64,000 bases of DNA from a virus (lineage: Duplodnaviria > Caudoviricetes): positions 1 through 64,000 of the IMG/VR virus record IMGVR_UViG_3300037424_001593; one strand, given 5' to 3'. The translations under genes were made by a program, and so were the position numbers. Below, in pieces: positions 26,769-36,735 of the stretch. Every line of letters begins with the position of its first letter. Positions within the stretch are counted from its first letter, which is position 1. The notes beneath the pieces were generated by a model. That model did no database searches. It was given only the letters and a program-made list of their open reading frames with translations, and was not told where the DNA came from.

Positions 26769-28085
26769 ATGAGTGAGTTCGTCCCGTACGCCGAAGGTCC
26801 GTTGAGCTGGATCCCCGGTGATGTCCAAGCTGCATTCCCGCAATCGGGACCAATCCACCGCTACATGCACTGGGCCACGCAGTGCACAGATACGCCGCCG
26901 CTGTTTCACCTCGGTGCCATGCTCCCGACGTTCGCGACACGCCTTGCGTGGACAGGCGTGCGTTTGCACAACGACCACCCGTTGCGTCTTTGGTGTCTTC
27001 TCGTCGCGGGCGCTGGTTTCGGTAAGAGCACGCCGCTCAAAATGGCTCAGCGCTTCGTCGTCGATCACCTCGAGCAGACGAAAGATACGCCCCACGAGCA
27101 ACCGCTCGTTCGCTTCGAAGGCACGGCGCAGGGGCTCTTCTCGGTTTTGCAGGGCACATACATTCCAGAGCTCGAGCAAGAGATCGCGCTCGTGCACACC
27201 GACGAGGCGGCACCGATCCTCACGCAACGCTATCAAGACAGCGCGGGGAAGTTCTTCTGCCAACTCTACGACGGCGAGCGCATGGAACGGCAGGTACTGC
27301 ACCTTCAGCGCGCAGTCGCGAAGGGGGAATCGAAGAAGCCGGTACTGCACCGCCCTACGATTTCCGCAGCTTTTGCGTGCACGCTCGACGAGTTCGAGAC
27401 CACGGCGTCGAAAAACGTGGTCGGAAACGGACTTTTATCGCGTTTCCTCTCGTTTCACGCCATGCCGACGAAGTTGATGTATCGACAACTCGCACATGAA
27501 TCAGGACGTACAGCGGTTTTGGATGCGTGGAACGAGTGGTTTGGTGGGCTGCGCGGAACATTGCTTTTAGACCCTAAAACACAGCTTGTGAGCTCTGTCG
27601 GCGCAGAAAACATGCTTCAAACACGTGTTTTTGACCCGCTCGCTGCGCGTTTTGCCAAAAATCCGAGCGATGCGCTCTTCGCAATCGCACGTCGTGGCAT
27701 GGCGCACATCAACATAGTCGCTGGCCTATATGCCTTGAATCGTTTGAGTTTCGAGATCTCTGCGACCGATATGCTCCAAGCCATCGAACTCTTCGAGCAC
27801 ACGCTCACGTTCAATCGTGAGCTTGTTCCGCGTATGGGTAAGGGTGAGGCATTCCAGCGCCACGACGCCCTCTTGCAGGCTGCGAAGGCTGGTGGTGCTA
27901 GTGGGGTAGCCAAGAGCGACTTCTACCGCCTTCTGAAGGGTGTCTCGAAGCCGGAACTGGACATGCTGCTGGACACCCTCGTTGACTCTGAAGAGCTTGT
28001 GCTGGAAACCGTTCGCGGTGGGCGGGGTAGACCCTCACAACGGTTCTATTTACCTGAACATCAACCCAGTAAAACAGCCAACTGA
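26769..28085 (+). CDS. DUF3987/YfjI-like P-loop ATPase (replication helicase-type) with C-terminal winged helix
   Basis: Start ATG 26769; LVAGAGFGKST, VHTDEA, QLYDG, GLLSRF; GGRGRPSQRF. Confidence 0.7.
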   Translation: MSEFVPYAEGPLSWIPGDVQAAFPQSGPIHRYMHWATQCTDTPPLFHLGAMLPTFATRLAWTGVRLHNDHPLRLWCLLVAGAGFGKSTPLKMAQRFVVDHLEQTKDTPHEQPLVRFEGTAQGLFSVLQGTYIPELEQEIALVHTDEAAPILTQRYQDSAGKFFCQLYDGERMERQVLHLQRAVAKGESKKPVLHRPTISAAFACTLDEFETTASKNVVGNGLLSRFLSFHAMPTKLMYRQLAHESGRTAVLDAWNEWFGGLRGTLLLDPKTQLVSSVGAENMLQTRVFDPLAARFAKNPSDALFAIARRGMAHINIVAGLYALNRLSFEISATDMLQAIELFEHTLTFNRELVPRMGKGEAFQRHDALLQAAKAGGASGVAKSDFYRLLKGVSKPELDMLLDTLVDSEELVLETVRGGRGRPSQRFYLPEHQPSKTAN

Positions 28086-29010
28086 CCCCCTTTAGTTCTT
28101 ATGTACAAGGCCCAAAAACGGGCCTTTTTCTTTTTATTTCGCGTAGTTATTTACTTTCTTCTGGTTTTGGGGAGGGGGTGCCTCGTGGGGGTGTATACGT
28201 GCGCTCACCGTTCGGGGAGGGGGTGTTACACGCGCAAACACGGGTTCGCGGCTTGGGTCGAATGTGGTGGGTTGTAATAAAAGAAAAAATAGAAATAACT
28301 CTCTACATATACATAGACTACCTTCCCTACGCGGCGATTCGTGTTTGACTTTTCCTCTAAAAACAAGACCCAGTAAGGAAATAATGACGCTGTGGCGTGT
28401 ATTTTTATGACATCAATGCAACCGTGTTTGTGTACTGGTACGTGTAAGTGTTTTGGGGGCGAATGTACGCGCCGCGCCGCAGCGTGACTACAGGGGTCAA
28501 GGGGGTGATCGCGAGCCGTGCGCGGGCGCGTGTGCGAGCGCGCGTACGCGTGAGAGCATGTGCCATGCCAACGTGCTGCAACGTTGACAAAAGTGACAAC
28601 CTTACCGGTCGCCGTTGTAAAGTTTTGCCGACAAGGTCAGCACTTGACGTATTACCTTTTGCTGCGGTACGGTCATACCGTCGCATGATGATCGTCTCCA
28701 CTACGCGCGTGGGTGCCGGAGCCAGTCGTTCCCGTGAGGAGCGCGTGACATGTTCGTGCTGTGGTCGCTCTCGAGCGGGGCATACGAACGAGGTCGCTGC
28801 GCTGTTACCGTACATCCGCTCGAGCCTACGCACACGGGCTGCTAAAAATGCGGGCGCTCATGGGCGACCCGGCTCTGGCCGTCCGGTGTGCGGCGCACGT
28901 TCCGGCATCCTCTCGCGGCGTGGAGAAAATACGCAACATACGTCGTAGTTATACGGTGTACACCTGGTCTGCGTATGGCACGTGGTCAGGTCAATCTCAG
29001 GTTTTTCGGG
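28086..29010. other. AT-rich, mostly non-coding region; candidate replication origin/control region
   Basis: T-tracts and A-tracts in inverted arrangement; GGGGAGGGGGTG at 28169 and 28214. Confidence 0.5.
28108..28135 (+). terminator. Rho-independent terminator
   Basis: AGGCCC-AAAAAC-GGGCCT + TTTTCTTTTT. Confidence 0.7.
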
Positions 29011-29019
29011 GTACCAACC

Positions 29020-29400
29020 ATGCTCTACGTGTACGTCTTGACCGCTCTGTCTCTGTTGTGTTTGGCGCTCATTGTGTGGCTTACGCACAAATCGACGAAG
29101 CGTGCACTACCTGTGGTGCGAAACCGCACGTGTGCGACGTGTGTGCATTTCGACAAAGAGCGCATGCAGGCGGAGTTCGCGCGACAGCCGGCGTTCATGC
29201 AAGCTGCGCGCGTGCTCTCCCCTGCAGAGATGCTCTATCCAAAGGCGCTCGATGAAAACGGGAATGCCACAGGGCAACTCGCTGCACCGAAGGAAGCGCT
29301 GCGCATGAAGTGGAATGATTTCGGCGTTTGTGATGAGCACGACGAAGGACGTTTCCACAGTGATACATGCGATAAACACACTGCACGCGAGGCCGTGTGA
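29020..29400 (+). CDS. N-terminal TM, CxxC..C..C protein
   Basis: Start ATG 29020; CATCVHF...FGVC...TCDKH. Confidence 0.65.
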   Translation: MLYVYVLTALSLLCLALIVWLTHKSTKRALPVVRNRTCATCVHFDKERMQAEFARQPAFMQAARVLSPAEMLYPKALDENGNATGQLAAPKEALRMKWNDFGVCDEHDEGRFHSDTCDKHTAREAV

Positions 29401-29732
29401 TGGCGCTGAAGACCTACGACCATATCGACGATCGTGAAGAGGCGCCGAAGATCCACACGTCCTCGAGCGGCGCGGGTCTCCCGAAAGACATCCTCGCGGG
29501 CAAGGTCTGCGGCGACTGCAAGTACTTCTCCTTGCGCGAGGGTCAACGCCTGATGGAGGCGCAGCGTTTCATGAAGGTCCTCGTGCGCGAGCACGGCTGG
29601 AACCCGAAGCACCTCGGCGCTGTGCCTGAAGCGCTCGGAGACTGCGGCGCGTATCGTAGCGGCGGCGCGACCGACGACACGATGATCACGCCGCCGTTCG
29701 CGGTGGCCTGCACGCAATACAAGGGGAAGTGA
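29397..29732 (+). CDS. CxxC..C..C protein, paralogue of upstream gene
   Basis: CGDCKYF...LGDC...ACTQY. Confidence 0.7.
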   Translation: MMALKTYDHIDDREEAPKIHTSSSGAGLPKDILAGKVCGDCKYFSLREGQRLMEAQRFMKVLVREHGWNPKHLGAVPEALGDCGAYRSGGATDDTMITPPFAVACTQYKGK

Positions 29733-29868
29733 GGCCCATGAAATGGCAATGGCTCAGCGTGGTCACGATGGCGCTCTCGCTCGGTGCAGATCGCTGCGGG
29801 CTTACGCGTACGACCGACTTCCTCGACAAGATCACCGGCGTGCTCGTATGGCTCGAGAGGCGCGCACG

Positions 29869-30057
29869 ATGAATCTCCTCGAAGCCATCGGTGTTCTTCG
29901 GGACAACGCGGAGCTCATGCAACAGCACGCACGCCTCGCGCTCGAATCCAAAGCGTCAGAGCAGCGCGCAAAGCACCGCGAGCTCGCGAAGATTGCCGTG
30001 CACGAATGTGCGCGCATCACCGCAGAAATCACGAACGTGATCGGGGTGTGGCCGTGA
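29869..30057 (+). CDS. Small helical hypothetical protein
   Basis: RBS GAGAGG; overlap with next gene. Confidence 0.5.
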   Translation: MNLLEAIGVLRDNAELMQQHARLALESKASEQRAKHRELAKIAVHECARITAEITNVIGVWP

Positions 30058-30395
30058 ACGAGCTCGACATCAACGGCTGGATCCTCTGGATCATCCTGAC
30101 CCTTGGGTCCACAGTGTTCGTCACACGGAGCATGTGGATGCGCTTGTTCCGCGTGACGGTACTCATCAAGCTACGCACACCCGCAGCGTACTGCGGGGGC
30201 TGCGTGGGTTTCTGGTTCGGTCTGGTAACCGCACGTTGGTTTCCGCTCGAATACACACCTTACGATCTACCCTACGTAATCAGCGCCCTTGCGGGTATGC
30301 TTCTCGGCTATGCCTTCGGCGGCGCTACAGACTACGAAGGCGCGCTTGTGAGCGTTGAAAAGCTGCGCGAGCTCGATCAAGAAGCAGGCAAGTAG
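30054..30395 (+). CDS. DUF1360-like membrane protein
   Basis: TM segments with YCGGCVGFW (CxxCxxxW). Confidence 0.55.
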   Translation: MNELDINGWILWIILTLGSTVFVTRSMWMRLFRVTVLIKLRTPAAYCGGCVGFWFGLVTARWFPLEYTPYDLPYVISALAGMLLGYAFGGATDYEGALVSVEKLRELDQEAGK

Positions 30396-30396
30396 C

Positions 30397-32286
30397 ATGA
30401 CGCGACGCAAGCGCGGCAAACGCGCACAGCCTTCAAACACGAAGCCCCAAAAGATAGAGCCCATGTCACAACCACCGGAAGACGGCAGCCTCGGCGAGTC
30501 CACAGCGCCTACGCGCGTTCTTGGGAAAGGCGTCGTCATCGACGAGTTCCCACGCGAAAACATCGAAGAGCTTCAACGCAGAGGCATCAAAAAAGTCGTG
30601 CTCACGATCCGCAGGCGATCGAACAAAGGCACGTTTCAGGCGCTCGGATATGGCTACGGCGGCGTGACCGTCGAAGTCGAGGAGCTCCTCAAGATCGATG
30701 ATTGGATCGCGAAACGTTGCGGCGGTGGCACGTACGGCATCTGGGTACGCGACATCAACGATACGACGCGCGAGCACGTGAATCCTTTCCACATCCACAT
30801 CGAGGGTCCTGCACGTGCGCCCATCGATACGAGCACACCCGTCGCAACACCCGTACCGAGCTCTGGGGAGTCCACAATGTCGATGCAAGATCCGCGTTTT
30901 CAAGAGTACATGCGTCAAATGGCCAACGGTGTATTTGCCACGTACCCGATGGGCGCGCCGATCCCGGGCGGCATTCCTGCAGAGGTGTTCGCTGCTGAAC
31001 AGCTTCGCAAGGCTGAGGTCGATCGCGCGAAGGCGGACGCCGATGCAGAAGCGGCACGTGAACGCGCGCAAAAGCTCGAGCGCGAGCTCTCAAAGAGCGA
31101 GCAGCGCATCACCGAAGTGCGCCACGAGTTCGAGATGAAGATGATGGCGCAGCGCCTCGAGCTCATGCAGCACCAGCAGACGAATCAAAGCCAAAAGCCG
31201 ATGCAGACGGCGGAGATGATCGCTGCACTCGCGCCCTTCGTGCCTGTGCTCGTCGCGATGGTGCAGGGGAGCAAGGAGAGCTCGAGTAAGGCGATCGAGC
31301 TCCAGATGAGCGGCATGCAGACGCTCATGAATGCGACGCTGCAGCAAGCGAATAAGCCGGCGCCCGATCCGCTCGAAGTGCTTACGAAGATCATGCCGCT
31401 CGTCGAGCAGCGCAAACAGGACCCGGCCGCACAGGTCGCGCTCCTTGACGCGCTGGCGCAGAACCAGCTTCGCAGCGTGAGTATGATGGCTGGGCTCATG
31501 GAACAACTCGCAGCCGCGTCTGCGGGCCCCGATGCGCCGCCGATGTGGCAGCAGCTCGTGCAACAGGTGATGGGGATGCTCGTCGCCATGGGTCAGGGCT
31601 ACGTCGCGGACACGACGCCGCGTCTTCCCGCACCTCCGCCGCCGCCGCAGCAGCGTACAATCCAGGCGCAGCAGCAACAGCCCGCACAGCCTGTGCAACG
31701 TGCGCCGCGAACTGGAGCTCTCTCTTCGCTCGACAGCGTGCCGACGGACCCGACGCCTGCGCCCATCGCGCCCGCTCAGCCGCTTCCGGGTGCGGTCGAG
31801 ATCCTGCCGCCGCACGTCGTCGCGATGCTTCCGCTCGAGTTCCGCTCTCCGGAGTGGCAGATCATCCTGCGCGAGCTCCACATGGGCCGCGAAGTACACG
31901 AGCTCGGCGCCATCCTCGCGCGCCACATCGCGCATCTCGAGGACTTCGCGATGCTCCCCGCTGTGCTCACGGGCTACGCCGATGATCCGATCGTCACGTT
32001 CACCGAGCTCCTGCGTCCGCTCCCGGCGTTCAACGCGTCGCCGGAGAGCCGCGCGTACTGTGAGCGCGTCGTTGTCGCAACCGCTGAGGCGCTCGTCGAG
32101 CTTGGTCGTCTGCAAGACAACAGCGCGCCCGAAGAAGAGGACGAAGAAGAGGAAGAGGAAGAAGGCGAAGACGACGAGGGCGGCGAAGAGACGTTCGAAG
32201 ACGAACCCGAAGACGCCAGCGAAGACGAGAGTGACGACGCAAGCGAAACCGTGGCCGTTGCCAGCACGAAAAACGGCGTGCACTGA
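30397..32286 (+). CDS. Large coiled-coil, Gln/Met-rich protein with acidic tail
   Basis: CGGGTYGIWVR N-domain, coiled coil, poly-Pro/Gln linker, Glu/Asp-rich tail. Confidence 0.75.
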   Translation: MTRRKRGKRAQPSNTKPQKIEPMSQPPEDGSLGESTAPTRVLGKGVVIDEFPRENIEELQRRGIKKVVLTIRRRSNKGTFQALGYGYGGVTVEVEELLKIDDWIAKRCGGGTYGIWVRDINDTTREHVNPFHIHIEGPARAPIDTSTPVATPVPSSGESTMSMQDPRFQEYMRQMANGVFATYPMGAPIPGGIPAEVFAAEQLRKAEVDRAKADADAEAARERAQKLERELSKSEQRITEVRHEFEMKMMAQRLELMQHQQTNQSQKPMQTAEMIAALAPFVPVLVAMVQGSKESSSKAIELQMSGMQTLMNATLQQANKPAPDPLEVLTKIMPLVEQRKQDPAAQVALLDALAQNQLRSVSMMAGLMEQLAAASAGPDAPPMWQQLVQQVMGMLVAMGQGYVADTTPRLPAPPPPPQQRTIQAQQQQPAQPVQRAPRTGALSSLDSVPTDPTPAPIAPAQPLPGAVEILPPHVVAMLPLEFRSPEWQIILRELHMGREVHELGAILARHIAHLEDFAMLPAVLTGYADDPIVTFTELLRPLPAFNASPESRAYCERVVVATAEALVELGRLQDNSAPEEEDEEEEEEEGEDDEGGEETFEDEPEDASEDESDDASETVAVASTKNGVH

Positions 32287-32295
32287 TGTAATAGC

Positions 32296-32325
32296 TTGAC
32301 GGCATAGACTCGCAGCATGTATAGC
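32296..32325 (+). promoter_or_regulatory. Sigma70-like promoter upstream of helicase
   Basis: TTGACG-18-TATAGC. Confidence 0.5.
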
Positions 32326-32334
32326 TGCGAGTCT

Positions 32335-34104
32335 ATGTCTCGGTGGGTACGTACCGGACGCGGCTGGTGGCGTCTACAGCTCGATCGCTGCGAAGCGAAA
32401 GTCCTCGAGCCCCTCGCCGAAGTTCCGGGTATCACGGTTGCTGCACAGCGCGAGGTGCAGAAGATCGCCCAGGGTGTGTCCGTCGTGGCGCACCGTACGG
32501 CGTTCTTCACCGAAGCGATGCAGACGTTCATCGAGGCGACGGGCATCGAGCCTGATACGCTCAACGACGATGCTGTGCTCGAGGAGCTCTGGACGCCCAA
32601 ACGCCCGCTCCGGACATACCAGGAGGAGGGCGCACGCTGGCTCGTCGCTGGGCGCGGGGGCATCCTCGGCGACGCGATGGGCATCGGGAAGAGCTCCCAG
32701 GCCGTCGTCGCCGCCAAGACGCTCCAGGAGCACGCACACGGCGCGCCGGTGCTCATCGTAGGGCCGCAGTTCACACGGGATGTGTGGCGCCGGGAGCTCA
32801 TCGCGCTCGGGGCGATGACCGAAGACGAAAGCGACGACGGTCGAACGTGGTTCGTATGCAAAGGTCGAAACCCGGAGCCCGGAACAGACGATGCGATGTT
32901 CGGTGCGCGTTTCGTCTTCTGTCACTACGACGTGCTCGAGGCATGGCGGCACATCCTGAGTCGCCCGCTCCGCATGCAGAAGTTCTGTTGCGCCATCGTA
33001 GACGAGCTCCACTGGATCCGAAATCCGCTCAGCAAACGGGGTGCTGCGACGCGCGCCGTAGTGACTTTGATACCTCAGCGTATCGGGCTTACCGGCACCA
33101 TCTTCGTGAACAAGGTCGATGACCTCTGGGCGCTTTTCACAACCATCTGCGGCGAGGGCTCTTTCGGCACACATTTCGCGTTCAAGAGTCGGTACACGCA
33201 GTATGACCGCGGAAAATACGGCTTCGTATCAAAAGGGACACGGTGCGAAGCAGAGCTTCAGGCGCGGCTCGAGGCCTGCTATTTACGCCGTACACTTGCT
33301 GACGTCGGCACGCAAATCCCGCCCTTGACGCGCACGCTCTGGACGTTTGACCCGGGCAACGCGCCCATGGAGGCCGAGCTCAAGAAGTACGTGGGCAAGG
33401 ATCGCCGCGTCGCGCTCCAACACCTGCGCGAGCACTTCCGGCGCGGCGCGTTCGGCACGGAGACCTTGAAGGTTCTGCACGCATGGCGACACTGGACGTC
33501 GCGACAGAAGCTCGAGCTCGTCGCAGAACGCGTCGCCTCGTCTTTTTCTGAGGGTGAGAGCGTCATCGTGTTCGCGTGGCAGCGCGCGACCGTAGAGCGC
33601 CTCGCCGAGCTCATCAGCAAGGCCATCGCGCGCACGGGCGAGGTCAAAAAGAACCAGCTCGAGACGCTCAAGCGGATCTTCATCGTGCATGGCGGCTACT
33701 CACAGGACGCGCGCGATCAGACCGTGCAGCAGTTTCAGCGCTGCGAAGGGCCCGCGATACTCTGCTCGACGAACGAGGCGCTCAAGGAGGGCGTCACGCT
33801 CACAAAGGCGCGTCTTGGCATCCTCGTTGACCTCGAGTGGATCCCTGCAAGCATGCTGCAGCTCGAGGCGCGCTGGCATCGCCTCGGGCAGACGCTCCCG
33901 TGCGAGTCCATCTGGTGCGTCTGCACGGACAGCGCAGACGAAGTCATCACCGAGCACCTCATGGATAAAGCGCTCGCAGAAGCGGAAGCACTCAACAATA
34001 CGACTGCCCAAGATGCATTTGCTCAAGTGGGTCTTGACATGACGACAGAAACGCGAGAAGAAACTCTAGCGCAAAGGCTACTCGATAAGTGGGGTGGGCT
34101 GTGA
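32335..34104 (+). CDS. SNF2-family SF2 helicase
   Basis: LRTYQEEG, DAMGIGKS, IVDELH, LTGT, LKEGVTL, QLEARWHRLGQ. Confidence 0.9.
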   Translation: MSRWVRTGRGWWRLQLDRCEAKVLEPLAEVPGITVAAQREVQKIAQGVSVVAHRTAFFTEAMQTFIEATGIEPDTLNDDAVLEELWTPKRPLRTYQEEGARWLVAGRGGILGDAMGIGKSSQAVVAAKTLQEHAHGAPVLIVGPQFTRDVWRRELIALGAMTEDESDDGRTWFVCKGRNPEPGTDDAMFGARFVFCHYDVLEAWRHILSRPLRMQKFCCAIVDELHWIRNPLSKRGAATRAVVTLIPQRIGLTGTIFVNKVDDLWALFTTICGEGSFGTHFAFKSRYTQYDRGKYGFVSKGTRCEAELQARLEACYLRRTLADVGTQIPPLTRTLWTFDPGNAPMEAELKKYVGKDRRVALQHLREHFRRGAFGTETLKVLHAWRHWTSRQKLELVAERVASSFSEGESVIVFAWQRATVERLAELISKAIARTGEVKKNQLETLKRIFIVHGGYSQDARDQTVQQFQRCEGPAILCSTNEALKEGVTLTKARLGILVDLEWIPASMLQLEARWHRLGQTLPCESIWCVCTDSADEVITEHLMDKALAEAEALNNTTAQDAFAQVGLDMTTETREETLAQRLLDKWGGL

Positions 34105-34892
34105 GTAATGATGTGACGTGGTTCGACGAGCAGAGCGACTTTGCTGGCTTCACGTGGAAGCAGCTTTCGCGCGACACTTTCGAGGGCAGGCGTCCGGATC
34201 GTGCGAGGGGTGTTCTACGTGCGCTCGGGAACCACAAGTACAGCTTCGAGACCATCTACGAAGACGGCGAGACAACGTGCACGCGTGCGAGCTCGCTCGA
34301 GCAGCTACTCGCTGCGTGGTTCACGCCGGTCGATCTCGCGCACCGGATAGCTGCGTGGGCGCTCGACGGTATAGCCCCGGATGTTCGACGAGAGCTCCGC
34401 GTGCTCGAGCCTTCCGCTGGAGAAGGTAACATCGCACGAGGCCTGCTCGCGGCTGGCGTGCTCGAGAAGAACCTCACCCTCGTCGAGATCAACCCGACGC
34501 GCGCAGCACGGCTCGAGCTCATGTTCCCGTTCGCGCGCGTCATCTGCGCAGACTTCTTGTCGTTTGTGAAGAGCTACAAAAACCTCGCATGGGATCTCAG
34601 CGTCGGGAATCCGCCATACGACGGCGGGCTCGATACCCGACATGTTAGCGCGCTCATGTCGCGTGTAGATGACGCGGTGCTCCTTTTGCCCTTGCAATCG
34701 CTTGCAGGTGGTGCGCGCTACGATGCTGTGTGGTCGCAACTCGTATTGCTCCGACTCGCTGTTCTCGTGACGCGGCCAAAGCACCCGAGTGGTGATCTCG
34801 AGAGTGCATCAAGCGGTAAACGCGACAGCATGGTCGTAGACGTAAGTACGCGCCCCACGGATGCGGATACGCGCTTGGAGTGGTGGATATGA
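34101..34892 (+). CDS. N6-adenine DNA methyltransferase
   Basis: WFTP, VLEPSAGEG (SAM-binding motif I), VGNPPY (motif IV). Confidence 0.85.
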   Translation: MSNDVTWFDEQSDFAGFTWKQLSRDTFEGRRPDRARGVLRALGNHKYSFETIYEDGETTCTRASSLEQLLAAWFTPVDLAHRIAAWALDGIAPDVRRELRVLEPSAGEGNIARGLLAAGVLEKNLTLVEINPTRAARLELMFPFARVICADFLSFVKSYKNLAWDLSVGNPPYDGGLDTRHVSALMSRVDDAVLLLPLQSLAGGARYDAVWSQLVLLRLAVLVTRPKHPSGDLESASSGKRDSMVVDVSTRPTDADTRLEWWI

Positions 34893-35134
34893 CCCCGCGT
34901 ACAAAGAAGATGCTCGAGCTCGTCGCATCGTTCGAGGAGTACGCCGAGGACTGCATCGCTGAGGCGTGCCACAAGCTCGACATGGCGCGGAGCATCATCA
35001 CGTTCTCCGAAGAGTCGGAGCGTATGAAAACCTCGTCTACGCAGATCGCAGAAACGTCACTTCGTCTTGCCGTGCGGCGAAAGGCTGCGCTACAAGAGCT
35101 GCGCGAGTTCATTGTCGACTCCGCGAAAGGTTGA
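34889..35134 (+). CDS. Small coiled-coil hypothetical protein
   Basis: ATGA overlap. Confidence 0.5.
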   Translation: MTPRTKKMLELVASFEEYAEDCIAEACHKLDMARSIITFSEESERMKTSSTQIAETSLRLAVRRKAALQELREFIVDSAKG

Positions 35135-35138
35135 TGTG

Positions 35139-35711
35139 ATGCGTTTCTCTAGAACCTATTTCTTTACGGCGTACGTCGCGGGACTCTTGTTCGCTGCGTT
35201 CCTGATGGACCTGTGCAACATTACGTCTGCGCAGGGTCAAGACCATCAAGCATGGCAAGCCGACGTCGTATCGCTTGCGCGTCTGTGCGTGAACGAGGCA
35301 GGTTGGCCTTCGCCTGAAGGCAGCAACGACTGCGCGGCGATCGGCCGTTACGCACGCGCTCGAGCGGACAGCAACAACGAAACGGTTGCGGCGTACATCG
35401 CGCGCGTTCACTGGCGTCACACATCGCCTACACGACGCACGCGCGTCTGGGTGCGTGGGCTCAACGCTGAGCTCACAGAGCCTACCGGTTGGCCCGCAGA
35501 CCTCGACTGGGCCACATGGGGCCGTGTTCGATGGAATGCTGCGCTCGAAGATGCTGCGCAGATCCTTCGGGGTCGGCGCACAGCGTGCACCGAGACGCCG
35601 CATACTTGGGGCGGCTACATAGATCGCGAGCGCATCGCGCGCATGCTCGCGAACGGCTACCGTCAGATCGACTGTGGGTCAACGCGCAACGTTTTCATGA
35701 GGAGAGGCTGA
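35139..35711 (+). CDS. Signal-anchored SleB/CwlJ-like cell-wall hydrolase
   Basis: N-terminal TM; LARLCVNEAG..DCAAI resembles Hydrolase_2 catalytic helix. Confidence 0.5.
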   Translation: MRFSRTYFFTAYVAGLLFAAFLMDLCNITSAQGQDHQAWQADVVSLARLCVNEAGWPSPEGSNDCAAIGRYARARADSNNETVAAYIARVHWRHTSPTRRTRVWVRGLNAELTEPTGWPADLDWATWGRVRWNAALEDAAQILRGRRTACTETPHTWGGYIDRERIARMLANGYRQIDCGSTRNVFMRRG

Positions 35712-36457
35712 TGGATATCATCAAACGCGTAGAGCAGCTCGTCGAGGAAGAGGAACAACTTCGCGCGCAGCTGGTTGCGCGCTACACGCACTCGGTCGAG
35801 CACGCGGATCTGCGGACGTTGCAGATGCTCTCTGCGCTCAACGTGGGGTACGATCCCGAGGCGCTGCCTCTGCCTGTGCGCCACAGCAAGGGCATCTCCG
35901 AGCACGTCGAGGAGATCCTCGCGTGGGCGACGACGAAGGGCTGGGACGACAAACTCTGCGAGACAAAAGCGTCGGTCCTCCCTGCGGTCGCAGGGCACGC
36001 AGCAACGCATCCGGAGGTGCACTGCGAGCCGACCGGCGTAAACACGGATGCTGTGCTCGCGAAGCTCGCGCTCGTCGTGAGCGAAATCGCCGAGGGCATC
36101 GAGCATGTTCGGCTCGGGCAGTACACGGTCCGCGACGCAGAAATCGTCGTCCCGCCGATGCCCCCACAGTTCGTGCGCCTTGCGCGGCGCAATCTCACGT
36201 TGCGCTTGGACTCTATGTTGCACGGCGACGATGTCGATGACGTGCTCAAGTATTTCGACGCATATTATGACGACGACGGAAACGTCAAGCGGCCAGAACA
36301 TCCGAAGCCGGACGGTCTCGTCGTCGAGATGGCGGATGCAATTATTCGTCTGTGTCACCTCGCAGGTGATCTCGGTCTTCCGCTCGAGGAGGCCGTCGAG
36401 ATGAAGATGGCCTACAACCAAAAACGCTCTTACCGCCATGGCGGAAAGTTAGCCTAA
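35711..36457 (+). CDS. MazG-like nucleotide pyrophosphohydrolase
   Basis: LVVSEIAEGIE; VVEMADAIIRLCHLAG..LEEAVEMKMAYNQKRSYRHGGK. Confidence 0.85.
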   Translation: MDIIKRVEQLVEEEEQLRAQLVARYTHSVEHADLRTLQMLSALNVGYDPEALPLPVRHSKGISEHVEEILAWATTKGWDDKLCETKASVLPAVAGHAATHPEVHCEPTGVNTDAVLAKLALVVSEIAEGIEHVRLGQYTVRDAEIVVPPMPPQFVRLARRNLTLRLDSMLHGDDVDDVLKYFDAYYDDDGNVKRPEHPKPDGLVVEMADAIIRLCHLAGDLGLPLEEAVEMKMAYNQKRSYRHGGKLA

Positions 36458-36735
36458 TGGCCAACCTCCTCGCAGCGTCGCAGTCGTTCCGTCGTGAAGA
36501 AATCGACGCGATACGTGAGCTCTTTCGTCTCGCGCGACGTGGCGGGGACATCAAGCAGATCATGCAGTCGCCGCACCTCGTGAACGTCGAGCGGAAGTTT
36601 CGCGGCATGCAGGATCGCATCTTCCAAAATATCCGCGTGCACGGCTTGCCTGACGAACCACGACGCGGGTCGAAGCTCAAGCTCGTGCCTGCAGTGACGC
36701 CCACGTTCGAGATCCCGGAGGAAGACCCGAAATGA
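36457..36735 (+). CDS. Small hypothetical protein
   Basis: Stop-start overlap on both sides. Confidence 0.55.
   Translation: MANLLAASQSFRREEIDAIRELFRLARRGGDIKQIMQSPHLVNVERKFRGMQDRIFQNIRVHGLPDEPRRGSKLKLVPAVTPTFEIPEEDPK

Noticed and set aside
32130-32240. GAA/GAC-rich repeat tract
   Set aside because: Encodes the Glu/Asp tail of the 629-aa protein; not an independent repeat element
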